Source: the human T2T-CHM13v2.0 reference genome, Homo sapiens. Taken from it: a stretch of 64,000 nt of DNA. Shown here piece after piece: positions 41,095 to 54,160 of this stretch (within the stretch, counting starts at the first letter, position 1; every line of letters begins with the position of its first letter). The DNA lies in NCBI RefSeq assembly GCF_009914755.1, contig NC_060926.1. One strand, given 5' to 3'. The translations under genes and the position numbers were made by a program. The notes beneath the pieces were generated by a model, which was given only the letters and a program-made list of their open reading frames with translations, searched no databases and had not been told where the DNA came from.

Positions 41095-42870
41095 TAATGA
41101 TTCTTCACAAACTCCTGCAAAATATATGAGTGGAGGCACTTCCTAACTCATTTTATGGGGACAGTGTTACCTTGATATGAAAACCAGACAAAGATATCAC
41201 AATATAAGAATACTATAGACTGATACATTTTATGAATATAGATGTAAAAATACTCAACAAAATACTACAAACCCAAACCAGCAACATATAATAAATATAC
41301 ATCATGACCAATTATTATTTATTCCAGGAATGTAATATTGGTTTAATATTTGAAAATCAATTAATACATTATCTCTATAGAATAAAAGACAACATTCACA
41401 TGATCATCTAAATAGAGAATTTAACAAATCTACAACCCTTTCATGATAATACACACTGAATAAATTAGGAACAGAGGGAAACATCCTCAGTCTCATAAAA
41501 GGTGCCTACAGCTAACATTCCACAGCTAACATTGTATTTAATGGTGAGAGATTGGATACTTTCCTCCTAAGATCAAGAACAAGACAAGAATGTGCACTCT
41601 TGATGTTTCTATTTGTACAGGAGGTTTTAGCTTAAGCAAATAGACAAGAGAAGTAAATAAAAAGTATCTGCATTGGAGAGAAAGAAAAAAGTTCTATTTG
41701 AAGATAACATAACTTGGTATATAGAAAATCCTAAAAGATCCAGTAAATAGCTATTAAACTAATAAATAGGTTCAGCATGGTATCAGAATACAAAATTATT
41801 ATAAAAAATCAATTGTATTTTCATACTTACAAGAAACTATCTAAACATAAAATTGAGAAAACAATTCTATTTACTATAGCAATTTAAAAATAACATTGAA
41901 ATAAATATAACAAAAGAAGTGCAAAATTTATACCCTGAAGTTTACAAGGCATTGTTGAAATACATTAAAGAAGATCTAAATGGAAAATAATCTATGTGCA
42001 TATATTTGAAAATTTAACATTGTTGAGACAATACTCACCAATTGATCTACAAAATCAGCATAATCCCTATCAGAATTCTAAATGACTTCTTTGTACAAAT
42101 TGGTAAGATGATTCTAAATTTCATATGGAATTCCAAAAAATCCAGAATTGTTAAAAAAAATCTTGAAAAAGAAGAATAAATTCTAAGTACTTAAACTTAT
42201 TGATTTCACTACAAAGCAGTGGTAATCAAGACAGTGTAATACTTGATGAAGAATAGACATATAGATTAATGGGAAAAAATTGAGTCCAGATATAAGCATA
42301 TACATACAGCTATTCAAATAATTTTTGATTGTTGTGCCAAGACAATTCAATAAAGAAAAAAATAGTATTTTCAACAAATATTACTGATACAACTGGGTAG
42401 CCATATGCAAAGGAATGAAGTTGGACCTTATATCACACCATATACACATGTTAACTCAAAACAGATCAAAGACATAAATGTAGGAACTAAAATTATAAAA
42501 CTTTAAGAATAAAATATGGGAGTAAATCTTTGTGTCCTTGGATTTAGCAAAAGGCTATGAACTATGACTCCAAAAACTTGAGCAAGAACAAAAAAGAGAT
42601 AAAAGTACATAAAATGAACACCATCTGAATTTAAAATTTTTGTCCAAAGGATACCATCAAAAGAGTTAAAAGACATCTTACATAATGGGAGACAATATTT
42701 GTAAATATTTTTAGTGGAAAAAATGACACATGAGAAAATTCTTTACTGCTTTTTAGAAAATTATATCTAGAATATACAAAGAAGTAAAAAAATATCCAAA
42801 AACAAAAAGACAAATAACCCAATTTTAAAATAGACAAATTACCTATATAGTATCTTTTCAAGGAATTTAT
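41095..42870 (+). mobile_element. Old L1M ORF2 fragment
   Basis: CCTAACTCATTTTATG, AAACCAGACAAAGATATCAC, ATAGAAAATCCTAA, etc. RT-region remnant. Confidence 0.88.
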
Positions 42871-42879
42871 GAATATTAT

Positions 42880-43200
42880 TATGAGTTTACATACTGAACG
42901 GTATAAATATGATGATGTAAATAAATATTTGAATCAAAGAAGTCACAAGAATACATATGTTATGATTATACTATATAATGTATGAAAACAGGCCAACTTG
43001 ATGTACTGTGATAGAAGTCAGGACAGCCAGTACTCTTGGTAGGATAGAAACTGGAAGGCAGCACAGAAGTGCTGCTCATGGTGCTGGTAATGTCTTTTTT
43101 CTTGATATTGGTACTGTTACAGAGATGTCTATTTCATAAAAAGTCATTGAGCTGTACACTTATGTACATGTGTCTGCATATATACTTACATCAGTGGAAG
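42880..43200 (+). mobile_element. L1ME 3' end fragment
   Basis: GATAGAAGTCAGGA, GGTGCTGGTAATG, CATTGAGCTGTACACTTA. Confidence 0.7.
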
Positions 43201-44903
43201 TATTACCAGTAGATGCTAATAGATGTTTTGTAAAAGTTTTCTGAATTACATTAAGCTTAAGAAACACCCACACATATTAACAGCGTGTTTTTTTCATTTG
43301 ATTATATGTGTTTTTGTTTTCTTATTTTAAATGTATAATATGCTGTTTTCTAGAAGAGATTGGTGCATTTCAGTGGATAAACCAAAAGTCTAGCAAGACA
43401 GATGAAAACAAAGAAAAGTTGAGATAGAAAATAGAACCATATTGAGCACAGTTATTACTGGTTTTTACATATGATTTACATTTTTCCACCAGCTTCTTTT
43501 TTTTTTGTATGTCTCATTAAGTACTTCTATCTTTTATTCAGCTCAATGTATAGATACTTAATAATCAGGAAAATAAATGGAGCATCTTTAGTCTGTTCAC
43601 TGTTAGAATTTTGCCTATTTTGTATTTGCCCAAGTAAAATCTAAAGTATCTCCTTTGGCTGTTTTCTAAATTTCTTCCACTTGTCAATTTTTATACTACC
43701 ATGAGTGTCAAATAATATGCTATTAAGGAAAACCTCATCAAAACAGTGTTGGTATCTTAGACTGCTAAACTGTGATTTCTTTCTTTCCAGGCTATAAGTT
43801 CAGAGTTTCTCCTGCTGCAACTTTACAACTGAGTCAGCTTGAAAAAGATTAATATGGCCAATAATGAAAAAGATTATATGGCCAAGGCTTGTTTTGTAAG
43901 TGACATCTATTATTCAGATTAAAAAAATGAAAGAATGATAACTTAAAGCACCTCCATCATAGGCTGAGTGCAGGGAGAATTCAGCTGTCATTTTGCATAA
44001 AGCTGGATCATCACTACATTTAATCTTCATTTATCTTTGTACCTTTCTTTCGTCTATCTGTAGATTTTACTGCTGGAAGGTAGTAACCCTACAATATCAA
44101 ATGAACAAATACATTTACCCTTGTTTGCTGTTAATAGTCTTAGGAACCATATTTCAATTCAATTAATAACTATGTTATTTTTCTTTTCTTCTTTTTTAAA
44201 AAAATCTCTTTAGTTAATTCTAGGCAACTATGAGAATATTTTTAAGATTTGTAGGACTCCTGCCTTTAGATAACTTGAATTCTCTTTGATTACTTACGGT
44301 ACCCATATAAAACTATCAAATATGATACAGTTCATTTCAATCCTTGCCTTACTAGTAGCAGTTCTGGCATCAGGGACTGCTTTATTCGAAAGCCGTAAGT
44401 TAAGACAGAACGATCAGTTTGACAGCTTGTACGCTCATTGTCTTGGTAAAATGTTCCACGTGATTGGCTTAGGAATTTTTCTGATGGACAAGTAAGCCAA
44501 AGTTGAAGGTTTTCTTGCTTTCAGAGTTTGTTTTGTATTTGCTTGGGCTTTTTATTTTTTATAATATTTTTGTGGATCTCCTGACCTCTTAGTTCTTGAA
44601 TTTGCTTCAAACCACGGCTGCTGTCAAATACATAAGTAAGCAGACATCCTAACTCTGCGAAGCAAGAAAAATGATTCCTCTGTGAATTTATTGCCTCAAA
44701 ACCACAAAATTTGGGATTATGCTTGCTATTTCTTATTTTTTTCAAGGCAATTTATTATCGACATTTGATAGAAGAAACATTTTTACAGTTTACTTGCAAA
44801 TAGTTATGATATATGGACAAGACTGAAAAGATATTCCAATGACAGTCACCATCAGTAGACTCATCTTAAACAGAGGAAAATGATTAAAATATTTCAATAA
44901 TAA

Positions 44904-45186
44904 TTTTTTTTTTTTTTGACACTGAGTCTCGCTCTGTCACCCAGGCTGGAGTGCAGTGACGCGATCTCAGCTCATTGCAAGCTCCGCCTTGCGGGTTCAC
45001 GCCATTCTCCTGCCTCAGCCTCCCAGTAGCTGGGACTACAGGTGCCCGCCAATTTTCTGGAGGCTAATTTTTTGTATTTTTAGTAGTGTCGGGGTTTCAC
45101 CGTGTTGACCGGGCGCGGTGGCTCACGCCTGTAATCCCAGCACTTTGGGAGGCCGAAGCGGGTGGATCATGAGGTCAGAAGATTGA
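44904..45186 (-). mobile_element. AluY with inverted 5' 80 nt
   Basis: Minus-strand AluY 44904-45106 (consensus nt ~94 to tail) joined to plus-strand Alu nt 1-80 (45107-45186). TSD AATAATTT(T/C)TTTTT at 44899-44912 / 45186-45199. Confidence 0.93.
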
Positions 45187-45479
45187 ATAATTTCTTTTTA
45201 ATGGGAGAAATGACACGTGAGATAAAATTCTTTACTGCTTTTTTGTTCAAAGAACCCTAAAAGGGTTGAGAGGCCTGGCTTCTACTCTTCATTCTGACAT
45301 TGACACGATATAAAATCAGCCATTTAGCCCTTTGGAATTCAGTTTTTTCACTTCCTTTTAAAATTAAGAGCTTAGGGTAGATTATTTTTAAAGTACAATT
45401 TATGCTGTTCCTCTACAATTACCATTTGTTCGTTACTTAATGTGCAAGAAAGTAGACTTAACTCACACCGTCTCTCTTG

Positions 45480-45915
45480 AGCCTTCTAATGATCCTAGGG
45501 AAAAGGCTTTTCCAGCATCTCCATTTTACAGAGAATAAACCATGGCAGAAATGAGGTAAACATCTGGTTCAGGGTAACACAGCTGGGCAGCAACGGAGCC
45601 AGGAATCCACTTGATTCTGTGTGACTCCAGTTTCCCTCCATTGTATAATCCTACTCTTGTAGGAGGTAGTATAGTATCTTCCTTAAATGCATGCATTCTG
45701 GAACCAGCCTGCCTGGAGGCAGCCTGGCCTGCTATGCAATCCTTAAGAAGTTATTCTAGTCTAGGCCCTGTGCCTCAGTTTGATGGTAAAAGGGGAAAAT
45801 AATTGTTTTTCCTTCATATGGTTATTGTAAGGTTTCAAAAAATTAATATACATAAGTTGCTTACGATAATGCCTGATATAAAAGCATGCCTTCAGTGTTA
45901 CTCACTGCTATTATT
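45480..45915. mobile_element. Two MIR fragments in opposite orientations
   Basis: CCATTTTACAGAG..GGTAACACAGCTG..GGAGCCAGGA (minus) and TGTGCCTCAGTTT..AAAAGGGGAAAATAAT..GGTTATTGTAAG (plus). Confidence 0.65.
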
Positions 45916-45945
45916 CTTAACTTTATTCTTATTTCAAAAAGAGAG

Positions 45946-46089
45946 TCCTATTGGCTACAATGTTCACTATTCAGGTGATGGGTACCCTAAAATTCTAGAC
46001 TTCAGTTCTATGCTATATTTGCATATAAGAAACCTGTACTTGTACCCTCTAAATATGTAACAGTAAATACTTAAAAAAAAAAAAAAAAA
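45946..46089 (+). mobile_element. Very short L1 3' end (L1MA1-2/L1PB4-like) with poly(A)
   Basis: CAATGTTCACTATTCAGGTGATGGGTAC..CTTGTACCC. TSD AAAAAGAGAG at 45936-45945 / 46090-46099. Confidence 0.85.
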
Positions 46090-46778
46090 AAAAAGAGAGC
46101 CATGAGACTAAAATCACCTCATATATAGATGTGGTCTGATTGCATCAAATATGTCTTTTTATTACTGTTCACTTGGCATGACAATAGTACGGTTCTTGTT
46201 TCAAATGGAATTCTGCAAATCAAATGGAATTTCAGTCTTCCCATAATAGCCTTGCAGATTTGATCAAAAATTTAAAATAGAAAATTGCTTTAAGCTAGAA
46301 TAACTTTACCTGGGCTTCTAACTCTTATTAATTACATGACAATGTTTACTGCAATGGTGAATCATTTATGAGTAATAGACATTCAATTGAATAACACCGC
46401 ATAATGAGGACTGTTCCAAAGAGGAATATATAGTATGCCCATGTGCATACAACTGGAATGAAATTCAGTACACCTGTGTGTCAACTCCTAACTCTGCCCT
46501 TCCATTCTAATAAATAGAAAAAAAAAATCTCTCAGTCTTTATGGGGTTAAATTTCTTTATCTTTAAATTAAATATCTACTTTTTATTAGGGCTATTTTGA
46601 AGGTTAAATAAGATAGCATCTATATATAGTGTTCTATAAAGTGTAAACCTCTCTTCAAAACTAAACTACATTTTTATTGAAACAGTCCTTAATTTTAAAA
46701 ACTCTGCTTCAAATTCAGCCTGATTTTACAATGGCCTTTCATAATACAACAGTTTCTGATTCTGGATGCTTATATTAC

Positions 46779-46810
46779 TGTGCTTGATCTCTTATAAGAG
46801 ATCAAGCACA
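46779..46810. repeat. Perfect 32-bp palindrome
   Basis: TGTGCTTGATCTCTTA|TAAGAGATCAAGCACA, no spacer. Confidence 0.97.
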
Positions 46811-49794
46811 TCAGCGTTTCTAGGGTTACATAGATTATCTTCTGCAGTGGAGGCTTACTGCAAGAACCCACATATATGAGGGCAAAGGGCATGACCTCAC
46901 AAATTATATTGTTCTCTCATACTTCCAGAATGTGCAATGAACTTAGAATAATACAATAAGACCCAGGAGCCTGCCTTTTCCTTGCTCACTGAATATGCCA
47001 AAAGAGCTTGTTAATGGGCTGCCACTCTGTGAAGAACAACTCAGGCAGAATTTGCTCCTTAGCCTCCCTCTGTCTACCTTGCAATAGGGCAAGCTGTAAC
47101 AATGATAGCTGCTTTATGTGTAATAGAAACTGTTGGCCATTTTCTCGTAATTGAGTGTGTGACCAAGGCTTGATATGGATGAATTACTTCTTCACTTTCT
47201 CTGGCACATCCTCTTAGAGGTTTATTTTTTTCTAAATCCCATTTCTTAATCTTAGCCCCCAATTCTATTAATTATTTTTCAACACTGTACATTAAAACAA
47301 GTGAACATGCCAAAATTGATTGAGTGATTGAAAACAATTCAGCCATACCTTCTCTTGATTCTGAATTAGCCAGATATCTAAAGGAACCTCTGGAGTTATT
47401 AAGCTTCATGCCTGATAACCAATTCCAAGAACCAAAACTATGCTAGAACGTCCTGGACCTAGGTTTTTTGTCCCCCGCAAAGTTAGATTGAAGTATTCTG
47501 AGGCATCAAATGTCTATGCCCTGGACCAAATATAATTACTCAGCTTGGAATATAGCCAGATACATTTTCTATTGAAATTTTAATGTCAAGTGGCAAGAGA
47601 TTTCCATCTACTTTCATTTGAAAAGTTCTTGGGCATGTGTGAGTCATCTTATCTGTTTCTGGAAATAACACTACAATATTTCAATTTTGTTTTTCAATTA
47701 ACTATTTTCCATCATATTGTCTACATAATTCTATTGCAAATATATTGTTTAAAATCAAATCTGGAAATAACCTATATTCAAAGTTGTTTCTTGTTTCTCT
47801 GAGAGTTTCTGGAGGAAGAGATGTAGCTTTGTAGTTTAATTGAATTTTAATCCAATATAATATCATCCTTGTAATTGTCTGGGATTCCAAGACTGGGTTA
47901 AATAAGCACCTTTTATGAACTAAAAAAAAGCTCTGTGGACCATTAACTTTTATAATTGAGTTTTAAAATAGCACATGTACAATCAAAAGTGTTGTTTTAC
48001 TTCTTATTTATGGGGAATTTTATTACTACATGATTTTGGAAAATAACAGAAACCACCGGAGAAACCATATGTCTAAAAACAGAAATAATTTATTAATGCA
48101 TTTTGTGTGTATTTGGTCATAATGCATATTCTAATGACTTTATAAAATTAATTTAAAGACCAACCCCTGAGAAGCCAATAAGTAATAAGAATTTGATTAT
48201 AGATAGGCATAGTTCATCTGGTAAACATTAGAATTAACTATTATTGTTTTGACTACTGTGGTTGAATGACTTATATGTAAACACTAAATTAAGTTTTCTT
48301 CTTACCAAGATTGAACCCTGATGTAGGGAAATAAATTTATGTCTAGATTACATAACCGAGATGGCCTCACCCATTATCTCTTAGGTAATTCAGATTTGTT
48401 GCTTCTCAGCTGACACTGAAAATCCCAGTGACCATATCCTGGTCCTCAACCTGGACCCATGGATCCTTTTTAGCCACGCCACTTAGCTCCAAAATCTCCG
48501 TTTCCCCAGTGCTTATTTCAGAGTCCGCCTTGCAAGTATTCTCATTGCTGACCTTGAATGTTTTCTCTTAATATCTTACTCTCGACTTTTTGCTCTTGTG
48601 GCCACACCCATCACTGCTTCAGGTGTCTTGTTAGGCTTCTAGAGGAAAAGATAAGGGGTTATGGGAATCGATTTTGAGAAGGCCTGCCCCATCAGTTTTC
48701 TAGGCACACTCAGATGTACATGAATTATAATTTAGGCCTGAGCAAAGACAGATGTTACTGTTTCCAGAGAATTATTAACCAATTCAATAGCATGCAGTGT
48801 TATATTACATACCATAAAGGTAGGTAATGGTCCTTACCAGGCCTATTTGAACTTATCCTAGTGCCTTCCATAGTATACTGTTCATATGTAAGAAATAAAC
48901 CTATGCTAAATGATTTAATAAAGGCTGTTTTGAAACTGTTAAGACCAACACTGAAATGTACATCATTCATATAACTCATATATTTATTCAACAGGCATTT
49001 GATAAGGACACAATTCATGTCAGCTGCTATATACGCATCGTGTCGTTGAATCACTAATATGTGACTTAAAGAGGTTAGGATACAAACCTAAAGTCACACA
49101 GCAAATAAGATATGAATCAGGTCACTAATTCAGGACTGTTTAACTTAAAACCCTATGCTTATTTTGCTCTATCTCATTTCATTTTACATTGCTTAAAGAG
49201 ATGCAAAAACAGTAGAATAATAAAATTATTGAAAATGAGAATAGTTAACACATATTAAATTCTTTCAATGTGCTATTCTAATGTATTGGTTTCACATTAT
49301 TTATGTTATGCAATATTTACAAGAATACCCTGTAATAAATATTATTATTGTTCCTTTAATACACATCATAAGTTAAGCCTCAGAGAATCAAGCCATATGC
49401 TCCGAAAACGTTAATGGCAAAACTAAATTTTATCCCCTGGCTGCCTTATCTCAAATTCACATGTTTAACCATACGGGTAAACATGAATGGGACAAAAGAC
49501 TATCAAAATAAGATTGGAGATGAATTATTTACAAGGGAAGATTTTAATCAAGGTAAGTACATAAACTGAGAGAGTTCGTAGAGTTTAGCTACAAATGTGC
49601 TATATCTACATATGATGAGAAGTACTCCATACTACCTTGATAAACCTGACAGAGGTTTTCTTTAGGGGAGGTTACATTTTGAAATCATTTATGAAAATCC
49701 AGCTCTTCGGAGGGAATTGGGTCAACTCACATAACCAGTTCTATGTAAATGCTTTAACATAGAAGATAAATGAATGGATAAAAGCATTTGGAAT

Positions 49795-51109
49795 ATTAGA
49801 CCTTTGTCAGATGGATAAATTGCAAAAATTTGCTCCCATTCTGTAGGTTCTCTGTCCACTCTGATGATAGTTTATTTTGCTGTACAGAAGCTCTTTAGTT
49901 TAATTAGATCTGATTTGTCAGTTTTGGCTTTTGTTGCAATTGCTTTTGGTGTTTTCGTCATGAAGTCTTTGCTCGTGCCTAAGCCCTGAATGGTATTGCC
50001 TAGGTTTTCTTCCAGGGTTTTTATGGTTTTACATTTTATGTTTAAGTCTTTAATTCATCTTGAGTTAATTTTTGTATAAGGCATCAGGAAGGGGTCCAAT
50101 TTCAGTTTTCTGCATAAGGCTCTCCAGGTTTCCCAGCACCATTTATTAAATAAGGAATCATTTCCCCACTGCTTGTTTTTGTCAAATTTGTCGAAGATCA
50201 TATGGTTGTAGAATCTACAAGGAACTTAAACAAATTTACAAGAAAAAAACAACCCCATTAAAAAGTGGGTGAAGGAAATAAACAGACCCTCCTCATAAGA
50301 AGACATTTACGTGGCCAAAGTACGTATGAAAAAAACCTCATCATCACTGGTCATTAGAGAAATGCAAATCAAAACCACAGTGAGATACCATCTCATGCCA
50401 GTTAAAATGGCAATCATTAAAAATTCTAGAAACAACAGATGCTGGCAAGGATGCTCAGAAATAGGATCACTTTTACACTGTTGGTGGGAGTGTAAATTAG
50501 TTCAACCATTGTGGAAGACAGTGTGGCGATTCTTCAAGGATCTAGAACAAGAAATACCACTTGACCCAGCAATCCCATTACTGGGTATATACGCAAAGGA
50601 TTATACATCATTCCACTACAAGGACATATGCATATAAATGTTTATTACAGAACTATTTACAATAGCAAAGACTTGGAACCAACCCAAATGCCCATCAATG
50701 ATAGACTGGATAAAGAAAACATGGCACATATACACCATGTAATACTATGCGCCATAAAAAAGAATGAGTTCATGTCCTTTGCAGGGACATGGATGAAGCT
50801 GGAAACTATCATCCTCAGCAAACTACCACAGGAACAGAAAACCAAATGCCCCATGTTCTCACTTATAAGTGGGAGCTGAACCATGAGAACACATGGACAC
50901 AGGGAGGGAAACATCACACACCAGGGCCTATTGGTGGGTGAGGGGAAAGAGGAGGGAGAGCATCAGGACAAATACCTAATGCAAGCTGAGCCTAAAACCT
51001 ATGATGGGTTGATAGGTGCAGCAAACCACCATGGCACATGTATACTTGTGTAACGAATCTGCATGTTCAGCACATGTATCCCAGAACTTAAAAAAAAAAA
51101 AGAAAAAGA
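49795..51109 (+). mobile_element. L1PA8-like, 5'-truncated with 5' inversion (49795-50212 minus; ~50210-51109 plus)
   Basis: Antisense ORF2 block followed by sense ORF2 end, 3' UTR and poly(A). 15-bp TSD AAAAGCATTTGGAAT at 49780-49794 / 51110-51124. Confidence 0.95.
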
Positions 51110-51954
51110 AAAAGCATTTGGAATTACTTTGGATGAAGTTTTCTAGAACCACAGTGAAAATGGGAAGATTAATGAAGGAATCAGATATAGATTAAGATTT
51201 TTGAGGGGTTTTCAGAGCATCCGGATTCTATAGCATGCTTCTAAGAAAAAGGTGTCTACCTTAACTAATACTTTCACCTGTTTCTATATAATAGAATGCT
51301 ATTGTTACGATCAATACAAGAGATTAAAACATTTCTTAAGATTATTTTTCCAGGATGTAACTTAAAGGCAAATGTACAAAGGATAAAATGAAGCAGCTTT
51401 GACCAATGTAACTTAATTTACATTTATTTGATTAGTATTTCCAACTTAAGTTCACATTAAGGAGAACATTTTTATTTATGCATAAAAATATATATCTCAT
51501 TGTAAAGGTTAATAATGTAGAAAATATGGCAGCAGTTTTCTTCAGTATTGGCTGGGTGTTATATGGAGGAATATTCTACTACTGCCAACTTTCAAGTTTA
51601 TCACTATTGCCTTTTGAGTGTTATTGAACTAAATGAAAAGGCTCTAGAAAATTTTTATAATGAGAATTTTCTTATGCATGTTACTTACACTTGGATGAAG
51701 TGATTTTACTTATCTTTACTCATAAAATGGTAATGTTTGAGAAGTCTTCCTTTGAGAGGATATAAAAAATTTTTTTTAAGATAAGGGAGAATGGCTTTTC
51801 AAAGGATCCTCATGTTTCAATCACTCACTGAAACTTTCACAGAAATTATACCAGCTATGTCAACTCTGAAATACCTCCAACATCATCAACTATGTTAGGG
51901 TCTGAGGAATGAGTAGAATAAATAACATTATTTAATTGAAAGAGTCCTGAAATT

Positions 51955-52975
51955 TTGATTTTTATTTTAGATTCAGGGGGTATATATGCAGTTTTGTTAT
52001 ACAGCTATATTGCCTGATCCTGAAGTTCAGGGTAGGTTGATCCCGTTGCCCGGGTAGTAAGAATAGTATCCAATAGTTAGTTCTCAACCCTTGCCCCTCT
52101 CCCTTCTTCCATCCCCTGGTAGTCCCCAGTGTCTACTGTTGTTATCTTTATGTTAATGAGTATACAATATTTAGCTCCCACTTATAAGTGATAACAGGCA
52201 GTATTTGGTTTTCTCTTCTGTGCTTATTCACTTAAGATAATGGCCTTCAGCTGCATCCAAGTTGCTGCAAAGGACATGATTTGTTATCTTTCTTTGTTTA
52301 CTTATTTTTTTGAGATGCAGTCTCGCCCTGTCACCGAGGCTGGAGTGCAATGGTGCAATCTTGGCTCACTGCAACCTTCGCCTCCTGGGTTCAAACAATT
52401 CTCCTGACTGAGCCTCCCAAGTAGCTGGGATTACAGGCGCCCACCACCATACCCAGCTAATTTTTGTATTTTTAGTAGAGACGGGGTTTCACCATGTTGG
52501 CTAGGCTAGTCTTGAACTCCTGACCTCGTGATCTGCCCACCTCGGCCTCCCAAAGTGCTGGGATTAAAGGTGTGAGCCACCGCGCCTGGCCGATTTGTTA
52601 TTTTTTATGGCTGTGTAGTATTCCATGGTATATACAAGCCACATTTTCTTTATTCAGTGCACTATTGATGGGAACCTAGGTTGATTCCCTGTCTTTGATA
52701 TTTTGAATAGTGCCGTCATGAATATATGAGTGCATGTGTGTTTTTGGTTGAATGATTTATTTTAGTTGAACAATTTTTTAATGTACTCAGTAATGGGATC
52801 GCTGGGCCAAATGGTAGTTCTGTTTTAAGTTGTTTGAGAAACCTCCAAACTCTTTTCCACAGTCACTAAACTAATTTACATTCCCGCTAAAGGTATAAGC
52901 ATTCTCTTTTCTCTGTAGCGTCACCAGCATCTGTTGTTTTTTGATTTTTCTTTAAATAATAGTCACTCTGACTGG
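51955..52975 (-). mobile_element. L1PA15/16-like 3' end, interrupted by an Alu
   Basis: TTTTAGATTCAGGGGGTA, GTAGTCCCCAGTGTCTA, TAGCTCCCACTTATAAGTG. Confidence 0.9.
52292..52591 (-). mobile_element. AluS (AluSg-like)
   Basis: GAACTCCTGACCTCGTGATC. TSD GATTTGTTAT(C/T)TTT. Confidence 0.94.
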
Positions 52976-53501
52976 TTAAGCTACACTATTTTAAAACATT
53001 GATTACTATTTATCTTTGTCCATCTTTTAAATATATATATATATATATACACACACACACGCACACATTGGAGCTTTGATTACAGAAACTACAACTAGCA
53101 ACACTGTAAGACATTTCAAAAGAGTATCATGCTAGTATTCACCTTCTAAGGAAGACTTCATTTAAATGGGTAATTATACCTGTAACAAATGGAAATATTC
53201 AATTACCTGTTTTTGGTTCCTCATTAAAGTCAATGACAATTTACGCAGGAAAAACATATAAAGTAGTATGATTCCACATATCTAATATAGTACCAAGAGC
53301 TAGCAATCAGGTAGGATAAGTATCACATCTCAAAACTTCATTTCCCAAGCCTCCATTCACCACTTCTGATAAAACACAATCTCCAAGTAAAAATCAAGTG
53401 CTTGTATTAATAGAAATACAACTCCCAAAGTGTTCTTTAACCTTGTGTTTCAATTGGACTGCTACCTATAAGCCTCTCTTACATAGAAAGTGTGAATTTT
53501 C

Positions 53502-53931
53502 AATAGCAAAGACTTGGAACCAACCCAAATGTCCATCAATGATAGACTGGATTAAGAAAATGTGGCACACATACACCATGGAATACTATGCAGCCATAAA
53601 AAAGGATGAGTTCATGTCCTTTGCAGCAACATGGATGAAGCTGTAAACAATCATTCTCAGCAAACTAACACAGGAACAAAAAACCAAACACCGCATGTTC
53701 TCACTCATAAGTGGGAGTTGAACAATGAGAGCACATAGACACAGGGAGGGGAACATCACACACTGGGGCCTGTCGGGGGGTGGGGGGCTGGGGGAGGGAT
53801 AGCATTAGGACAAATACCTAATGTAAATGATGAGTTGATGGGTGCGGCAAACCAACATGGCACATGTATACCTATGTATCAAACCTGCACGTTGTGCACA
53901 TGTACCCTAGAACTTAAAGTATAATAAAAAA
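53502..53931 (+). mobile_element. 5'-truncated L1PA6-like
   Basis: IAKTWNQPKCP...; 3' UTR. 17-bp TSD AGAAAGTGTGAATTTTC at 53485-53501 / 53932-53948. Confidence 0.95.
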
Positions 53932-53954
53932 AGAAAGTGTGAATTTTCTGCCTG

Positions 53955-54150
53955 CGTGTGTATGTATGTGCATGCATATATATATCTAATGTATCCCATA
54001 AATATATGCACTTACTACGTATACACATATATAGACACGCATATATATATATATATACCTACTATGTATACAGATATACAGACATACACACATATGTGCA
54101 TGCACGTACACACGCAGGCAGAAAATTCACACACAAACATATATATAAAA
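53955..54150. repeat. (TA/CA/TG) low-complexity tract
   Basis: Seen directly. Confidence 0.85.
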
Positions 54151-54160
54151 TATTAAACAG

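Noticed and set aside
44380-44470. Promoter-like CCACGTGATTGG (E-box plus CCAAT)
   Set aside because: Isolated short motifs with no CpG island or other support.
46797-46835. 5S rRNA pseudogene fragment (antisense GAGATC..GC.C.TCAG)
   Set aside because: The similarity is short and weak; it would need a Dfam/Rfam search.
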